Below are positions 44,597-45,569 of a stretch of 45,569 nucleotides of DNA, piece by piece. Numbering within the stretch: position 1 is the stretch's first letter; the number at the start of each line of letters is the position of its first letter. The stretch comes from Candidatus Omnitrophota bacterium (GTDB taxonomy: Bacteria; Omnitrophota; Gorgyraeia; Duberdicusellales; 4484-171): assembly GCA_041652815.1 (NCBI GenBank), contig JBAZGN010000006.1, forward strand, positions 1 to 45,569. The letters are read 5' to 3'. The notes under the pieces were generated by a model. The model did no database searches. It saw nothing but the letters and a program-made list of their open reading frames with translations, and was not told the origin of the DNA. Both the position numbers and the translations under genes were made by a program.

Positions 44597-45569
44597 ATGA
44601 ATACAGAAGAGGCTAAGAAAGTATCAATAGACGAGCTATTCAATAAGCTTTCTTCAAGCAAGGCAGGCCTTTCTTTCGAAGAAGCGAAGAAGAGGCTCGA
44701 GCAATACGGCCCTAATGAAATAGCTGAGAAGAAAATTAACCCACTAGTAAAATTCTTAAGCTATTTTTGGGGGCCTATCCCCTGGATGATAGAAATAGCC
44801 GCCATACTTTCAGCTATTATCCGGCACTGGGAAGATTTTGGGGTAATTTTTGCGATGTTGTTGATAAATGCTGCGGTGGGATTCTGGCAGGAGTATAAGG
44901 CAGATAACGCCATCGAGTTATTAAAGAAAAGGTTGGCGCTTAAGGCGCGCGCCTTACGCGATGGGAAATGGGCTGAGGTACCGGCACAAGAATTGGTGCC
45001 GGGCGATGTAATACGTATACGTTTAGGCGATATCATTCCGGCCGATATTAAGCTCACCGAAGGGGAGTATCTTCTGGTAGATCAATCTGCATTAACGGGA
45101 GAGTCTTTGCCCGTTGAAAAGCATCTTTCTGATATCGGCTATTCAGCGTCTATAGTTAAACAGGGCGAAATGGATGCTGTGGTGGTTGGTACCGGCTTAA
45201 ATACTTATTTTGGTAAAACTGCCAAACTCGTTGCCGAAGCCAAAACGCGCAGCCACTTTCAGAAAGCGGTGATTAAAATAGGTGATTACCTGATTGTGAT
45301 AGCAATAGCTTTAGTGGCGGTTATTTTTTTAGTTTCGCTTTTCCGCCATGAGAAATTCTTTGAAATCCTTCAGTTTGCGCTTATCCTGATTGTGGCTTCT
45401 ATCCCGGTAGCGATGCCTGCTGTGTTGACAGTAACAATGGCAGTAGGAGCTTCTATGCTTGCCAAAAAAGAAGCTATTGTAAGTAAATTAGTGGCTATAG
45501 AAGAAATGGCTGGAGTTGATATCTTATGTTCGGATAAGACAGGCACTATCACGAAGAACGAGCTAAGCG
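44597..45569 (+). CDS. Plasma-membrane-type proton P-type ATPase (P3A), runs off the window end (not in ORF track)
   Basis: YGPNEI, FWGPIPWMIE, DQSALTGESLPV, ASIPVAMPAV, CSDKTGT. Confidence 0.93.
   Translation, partial: MNTEEAKKVSIDELFNKLSSSKAGLSFEEAKKRLEQYGPNEIAEKKINPLVKFLSYFWGPIPWMIEIAAILSAIIRHWEDFGVIFAMLLINAAVGFWQEYKADNAIELLKKRLALKARALRDGKWAEVPAQELVPGDVIRIRLGDIIPADIKLTEGEYLLVDQSALTGESLPVEKHLSDIGYSASIVKQGEMDAVVVGTGLNTYFGKTAKLVAEAKTRSHFQKAVIKIGDYLIVIAIALVAVIFLVSLFRHEKFFEILQFALILIVASIPVAMPAVLTVTMAVGASMLAKKEAIVSKLVAIEEMAGVDILCSDKTGTITKNELS

Noticed and set aside
1-45569. IS transposase, integrase, prophage or rRNA genes
   Set aside because: No DDE, HUH, tyrosine or serine recombinase motifs, phage structural genes or rRNA-like stretches recognised

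Overview
AT-rich bacterial chromosomal window in which every credible CDS lies on the + strand. The host is probably a diderm anaerobe; PVC/Omnitrophota-like affinity is inferred from a Chlamydia-MOMP-like porin and general gene content, not proven. Most of it is a metal/ion-homeostasis island: an Fe-S/Ni maturation-type cluster (1-4.8 kb), a Zur operon with znuACB, a NikR operon, KdpDE+TrkH, a CsoR operon, DUF134/NifX genes, decayed acr3-arsC relics and a partial P-type H+-ATPase. Candidate operator palindromes are visible for Zur, NikR, CsoR, KdpE and DUF134. The main unexplained structure lies at 15-42.5 kb: about a dozen same-orientation, often partial or recombinant copies of a ~130-220 bp intergenic element (TGTCCAC..GTGGACA hairpin, tandem GGACA, GAGG-N5/6-CCTC arm, sigma70 promoter, second arm plus hairpin). 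It is the 3' flank of a sigma-region-2-only gene, and decayed tails of that gene precede other copies. Unrelated passenger genes (Sel1, HEAT, ankyrin, MOMP-like porin, nuclease-like) follow the copies, some with integron-cassette-like ends. No integrase or transposase, CRISPR array, rRNA or complete tRNA was found. Product calls come from motif recognition by eye; no database searches were run.
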